From: Candidatus Micrarchaeota archaeon
Lineage (GTDB): Archaea; Micrarchaeota; Micrarchaeia; Anstonellales; Anstonellaceae
Assembly (NCBI GenBank): GCA_043810635.1
Contig: JBDRNY010000063.1
Coordinates: 1 to 20,077, forward strand
Length of the DNA stretch: 20,077 bases
Direction of reading: 5' to 3'
Shown: positions 16,241 to 20,077 of the stretch, in pieces
How the letters are laid out: each line of letters begins with the position of its first letter
Numbering within the stretch: the first letter of the stretch is position 1
Made by a program: the position numbers and the translations under genes
Notes under the pieces: generated by a model
What the model saw: the letters and a program-made list of their open reading frames with translations, nothing else
What the model was told of the DNA's origin: nothing
Database searches by the model: none

Positions 16241-17143
16241 ATGGCAGATTTATCTATAACATTGTGCGGGATAAAAATGAAAAACCCGCTAATTCTAGCT
16301 TCAGGCATCCGCTCAAACAATGCATCCCTTCTCATACGCGCGGCAAAAGAAGGTGCGGGGGCGGTTACTTCAAAATCCTGCTCTTTAAATGCAAGGGAAG
16401 GCCACCCAAATCCTACAGCAATTGAATTGAAAAATTATATAATAAATGCAATCGGGCTTTCCAACCCCGGAGTGGATGTCGAAGTTGAAGAAATAAAGCG
16501 CGCTGTAAAAGAGGCGGGCGTGCCTGTAATTTCTTCAATTTACGGAGCAAGTGCAGAAGAATTTGTGCAAGTTGCGAAAAAAATCGCATCTGCTTCCCCT
16601 GCAATGATAGAATTAGACGCTTCCTGCCCAAATATTCAAAAAGAAGGAAAAATGTTTTCCTCTTCTGCAGAAAATGCAAGCGAAATTGTAAAAACTGTAA
16701 AAAAAGAAGTGAAAAATATTCCGATTTCAATAAAATTAAGCGCAAATGTGCCAAATATAGGAGAAATTTCCCGGGCTTGCGAGGAGGGAGGTGCTGATTG
16801 TATAAGTGCAATAAACACCCTTCCTGCAATGCTTATTGACATTTATGCAAAAAAACCGGTTTTGGCAAACAAATACGGAGGGCTTTCCGGCCCTGCAATA
16901 TTTCCAATTGCATTGCACGCTGTAAATGAAATAAGAAATTCCACTTCCCTTCCGATTATAGGGGGAGGCGGAATAATTTCAGGAAAAGATGCTGTGCAAA
17001 TGCTTATGGCAGGCGCAAACGCAATTTCAATAGGCTCTGCATTATATTACCGTGAAAAAACTTTTGAAAAAATAAAACATGAATTAATTGAATTTATGGA
17101 AAAAGAAAAATATGAAAAAATAGAAGATATTAAGATGGAATAG
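16241..17143 (+). CDS. pyrD: Dihydroorotate dehydrogenase family 1B, catalytic subunit
   Basis: KNPLILASG, NAIGLSNPG, catalytic SCPN, IKLS, INT, GGLSGPAIFP and IIGGGGI; adjacent to pyrK. ATG 16241 is preferred. Confidence 0.95.
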   Translation: MADLSITLCGIKMKNPLILASGIRSNNASLLIRAAKEGAGAVTSKSCSLNAREGHPNPTAIELKNYIINAIGLSNPGVDVEVEEIKRAVKEAGVPVISSIYGASAEEFVQVAKKIASASPAMIELDASCPNIQKEGKMFSSSAENASEIVKTVKKEVKNIPISIKLSANVPNIGEISRACEEGGADCISAINTLPAMLIDIYAKKPVLANKYGGLSGPAIFPIALHAVNEIRNSTSLPIIGGGGIISGKDAVQMLMAGANAISIGSALYYREKTFEKIKHELIEFMEKEKYEKIEDIKME

Positions 17144-17150
17144 TGGTATT

Positions 17151-17918
17151 ATGCTTCCTAAAAAATCAAAAATAATAAAAATTGAAAAAGAAAATTCCAA
17201 CACTTCCCTCCTCACTTTTGACATTTCCCTGAAAAACGCCTCCCCCGGGCAGTTTGTAATGGTATGGCTTCCGGGAGTTGATGAAAAGCCGATGAGCATT
17301 GCCGCCAACAAGCCAAATTTGCAATTATCAATTGCAAAGCTTGGCGCCGTTTCCACAAAATTAGCAGAATCCAAAGCAAATGATATTTTATATATTCGGG
17401 GCCCTTATGGAAAGCCTTTTGCCCCCCTCGGAAAAAGATGGATATTGGTTGGGGGAGGATGCGGCTTCGCACCCCTGCGCTATCTTGCATATTATGCAAA
17501 AGAAAACAAAATTTATACAGAATCAATAATAGGCGCGCGCACAGCAGATTTGTGCATGCTTCCCGCGCCGGGCAAAAACCATATTACAACAGATGACGGC
17601 TCAAAAGGAGTGAAAGGAAATGTGCTTGTTGCTTTGGAGCCTTTGCTGAAAAAAGAAAATAATTGGGATTGCGTTTATTGCTGCGGGCCCGAGAAAATGA
17701 TGCTTGCTGTTGCGCAAATGGTAAAAAAATACAAAATTCCCTCCCAATTATCTGTTGAAAGATATATGAAATGCGGTTTTGGCATATGCGGGCATTGCGC
17801 AATGGGCGGATGGCTTGCATGCAAAGACGGCCCTACAATTACTGGGGAGGAAGCGCTTGCAAACTCAGAATTCGGAAAATGCTATTGCGACAAAGCAGGG
17901 AGAAAAAAAGAAATTTAA
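17151..17918 (+). CDS. pyrK: Dihydroorotate dehydrogenase electron-transfer subunit
   Basis: PGQFVMVW, IRGPYG, GGGCGFAPL, TTDDGS, CGPEKMM and the [2Fe-2S] motif MKCGFGICGHC...CKDGP. Confidence 0.94.
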   Translation: MLPKKSKIIKIEKENSNTSLLTFDISLKNASPGQFVMVWLPGVDEKPMSIAANKPNLQLSIAKLGAVSTKLAESKANDILYIRGPYGKPFAPLGKRWILVGGGCGFAPLRYLAYYAKENKIYTESIIGARTADLCMLPAPGKNHITTDDGSKGVKGNVLVALEPLLKKENNWDCVYCCGPEKMMLAVAQMVKKYKIPSQLSVERYMKCGFGICGHCAMGGWLACKDGPTITGEEALANSEFGKCYCDKAGRKKEI

Positions 17919-17948
17919 TGCTAATAATTTGTGTTAATGGTGATTTGT

Positions 17949-19298
17949 TTGTTTATTCGCTCAAAAAGGGTATTTATTGACGGAAAATTAAAGCCTGCCT
18001 GCCTTTCAGTGCATACCGGCAGGTTTGGGGGAGTGCATTCCTATACTTATATGAATGAGGAAGCGCTTGATGCAGAGGATTGGATTATCCTTCCGGGCGC
18101 GATTGATGTTCATGTGCATATGCGCGAGCCAGAATATCCGAGAAAAGAAGATTTTACATCCGGCTCCCAGGCAGCTGTTGCAGGCGGAGTAACATCATTT
18201 CTTGACATGCCGTGCTACCGCTCTCCCTGCACTTCCACAGTAGGCGCGCTTACAGCAAAAGAAAGGCTTGCATCCACAAAAAGCATTTGTGATTTCGGCT
18301 TTCATTTTGGGGCAACAAATGATAATGCAGATTTGATAAAGCGGTTCCAGCCCAATTCCCTCAAAGCGTTTTTGGCAGAAACAGATTCCCCCCTCACCCT
18401 CGCCCTTTCAGGGTTTGAAAGGCATTTCGGCGCATTTGACAAATTAAAGCCCATTTTATGCCATTGCGAAGACCAGGATATAATTGATGAAAACAAAAAG
18501 AAATTCAAGGAGCATGAAAAAATACGCTCTACAAAAGCAGCGCTTTCAGGAGTGAAAAAAATAAACAAATTGGCAAGAAAATTCAAGAGAAGGGTGCATT
18601 TCTGCCATTTAACAACCTCTGCAGAAGTAAAAGCATGCAAAGTAGGAAACAGCAAAATAAGGCTTCCTGTCAAGGATGCAACATCTGTTCAATTGCACAC
18701 ATGCGAAGTGTCTCCCCACCACCTCTTTCTTTCAACAGCAGACTTGCCAAAGCTTAGGCAGTATGGAATTTCCAATCCCCCCCTGCGCACAAAAGCAGAA
18801 GTTGCAAAATTATGGAAAGCGCTTTCTCATGTTGACTGCATAGCATCAGACCACGCCCCCCACCTCTCTTCTGAAAAAGAAAGAGGGGCGCCCGGCTTTC
18901 CCGGGGTGCAGACAATGGTTCCGCTGCTGCTTAGCAAGGTGTTTGAAAGAAAATTTTCATTGAAAAAAGCGGTTCAGCTTTTTTCCTCCGGCCCTGCAGA
19001 ATGCTTTACCATCCAAAGAAAAGGAAAAATAGCTTCGGGCTATGATGCGGATTTTATGGTAGTCGACCCCCAGCAAAGTTGGAAAATAAATTCCCAAGAG
19101 CTTTTTTCAAAAGCAGGCTGGTCCCCTTATGAAGGCCTCACTTTGAAAGGAAAAATATTGGGCACATTTGTAAGGGGGGAGCAGGTTCATTGGGACAATG
19201 AAATACTTGTAAGGCCCGGCTACGGGGAAAGAATTCAGTGCGCCAAAAAAATAGGCTCAGAAAGGCTGGTATTAAGAAAGCATTCAAAAGAAAGGTAA
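17949..19298 (+). CDS. pyrC: Dihydroorotase (amidohydrolase family)
   Basis: DVHVHMREP, AVAGGVT, HCED, HFCH, CEVSPHHL, NPPLR and ASDHAPH; clustered with pyrD and pyrK. The start is probably TTG 17949 after GGTGAT (ATG 17937 or GTG 17931 are alternatives). Confidence 0.88.
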   Translation: MFIRSKRVFIDGKLKPACLSVHTGRFGGVHSYTYMNEEALDAEDWIILPGAIDVHVHMREPEYPRKEDFTSGSQAAVAGGVTSFLDMPCYRSPCTSTVGALTAKERLASTKSICDFGFHFGATNDNADLIKRFQPNSLKAFLAETDSPLTLALSGFERHFGAFDKLKPILCHCEDQDIIDENKKKFKEHEKIRSTKAALSGVKKINKLARKFKRRVHFCHLTTSAEVKACKVGNSKIRLPVKDATSVQLHTCEVSPHHLFLSTADLPKLRQYGISNPPLRTKAEVAKLWKALSHVDCIASDHAPHLSSEKERGAPGFPGVQTMVPLLLSKVFERKFSLKKAVQLFSSGPAECFTIQRKGKIASGYDADFMVVDPQQSWKINSQELFSKAGWSPYEGLTLKGKILGTFVRGEQVHWDNEILVRPGYGERIQCAKKIGSERLVLRKHSKER

Positions 19299-19301
19299 AT
19301 T

Positions 19302-19721
19302 TCATTGCACCAATTTCAAATTAACTTTTCCGTCATCCCCTTTCCATGCATCAATAGTATATGTGCCTTCAGCCCCTATCTTGCCCAAATCTATTGCATT
19401 TATTTCAAATTGCGTTGCCTGCACAATTGCAACATTTCCATAAGTTGTTTCCACATTTACAACCAATTCCTTTCCCCCCGCTTCAACAGAATTTACTGCA
19501 GGCATTTCAACCTGCGCCCTCAATACTGTGCCCACCCCCAAATTTCCCACAGCATCCACTGTTGATGCAATCCTTGCCGCAGAAAAGCTTCCTTTGCTTA
19601 TTGCCAATCTGTCCGGGGAATTTTGCGCATTCCAGTGCATTGCAAACAAAATCGGAATAATTGCAAGGCTCAGCACTCCTATAACAATCAAAAATTCGAT
19701 GGCAACCTGCGCTTTTTTCAT
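19302..19721 (-). CDS. Type IV pilin-like protein with class III signal peptide
   Basis: MKKA|QVAIEFLIVIGVLSLAIIPIL with Glu at +5; GGTGGTGGTG SD-like tract upstream. Confidence 0.87.
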   Translation of the reverse strand: MKKAQVAIEFLIVIGVLSLAIIPILFAMHWNAQNSPDRLAISKGSFSAARIASTVDAVGNLGVGTVLRAQVEMPAVNSVEAGGKELVVNVETTYGNVAIVQATQFEINAIDLGKIGAEGTYTIDAWKGDDGKVNLKLVQ

Positions 19722-19784
19722 ATCTACACCACCACCCTACAAAATAAAAACATTGCCCGCGCCCGCAAACCCTGCCTTCCTCTT

Positions 19785-19905
19785 CATTCCAAATCAATTT
19801 CCAATTTCATTCCCGCAACCGCTTTCTCCTCCATTCCAAATCAATTTCCAATTTCATTCCCGCAACCGCTTTCTCCTCCATTCCAAATCAATTTCCAAAT
19901 TCATT
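19785..19905. repeat. 47-bp tandem direct repeat: 2 perfect copies plus a 27-bp partial copy
   Basis: CATTCCAAATCAATTTCCAATTTCATTCCCGCAACCGCTTTCTCCTC at 19785 and 19832, partial at 19879 (1 mismatch), with a degenerate remnant at about 19762-19784. Confidence 0.95.
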
Positions 19906-19986
19906 GTCTGCGCCAGCAGGCTTTTTCATGCATATTTAGCCCGTTGATTAATTAAAACTATCTCTTTTATCCTCCAAATTCCCCCC

Positions 19987-20022
19987 AACAAAAAATGCAG
20001 AGGCAAAGCTGGAGCCTCTGCA
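19987..20022 (-). terminator. Hairpin plus U-tract, putative terminator for a minus-strand gene ending near the right edge
   Basis: Perfect 9-bp stem TGCAGAGGC (19996-20004) / GCCTCTGCA (20014-20022) with a 9-nt loop. On the minus strand it is followed by TTTTTGTT. Confidence 0.6.
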
Positions 20023-20077
20023 CAAAACATTTTCCTCACGTCATTAAACTTACCTCAAATTTACAATGCTCCTCCAG

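Noticed and set aside
19737..19787. Amber (pyrrolysine) readthrough fusing MKRKAGFAG... to the pilin
   Set aside because: The frame is continuous, but there is no evidence of pyl genes. The pilin has its own SD and a canonical short leader, and other genes here end normally at TAG.
19785..19905. Mini CRISPR array (27-bp repeat with 20-bp spacers)
   Set aside because: The two would-be spacers are identical and short, so this is a simple tandem duplication.
20036..20077. 3' end of a minus-strand gene at the window edge
   Set aside because: It is likely, given the hairpin, but all three frames stop within 42 nt and the correct frame cannot be determined.

Overview
This is an archaeal chromosomal segment, shown by archaeal-type uL11, Spt5, SecE/Sec61-gamma, FtsZ and Trm5, by class III signal peptides and by TATA-box promoters. 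A DPANN lineage such as Micrarchaeota is my inference, not proven. The left half holds a Trm5-family tRNA methyltransferase, four pilin-like genes, an antisense bPH_2 membrane gene and a type IV pilus ATPase with two TadC/FlaJ-like platform genes. These are followed by a VapBC-type toxin-antitoxin pair, a TPR protein, a geranylgeranyl reductase-family enzyme and a second bPH_2 gene. The right half holds rpl11 and a surface-anchored PQQ-like beta-propeller protein converging on ftsZ-secE-spt5, then an orphan ORF, a pyrD-pyrK-pyrC cluster and a fifth pilin. secE is missing from the supplied ORF track. The most unusual signals are three intergenic tandem-repeat tracts, each purine-rich on the mRNA strand and directly upstream of a gene. 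One is an 8-copy stop-codon plus Shine-Dalgarno (TAAGGAGG) array inside the pilus operon. Another is a 47-bp repeat that creates a chain of ATGA-coupled mini-ORFs leading into a pilin. Also notable are a winged-helix-like N-terminus on the pilus ATPase and an apparent inversion of rpl11 out of its usual operon. No tRNA, rRNA, CRISPR array or transposase was recognised.
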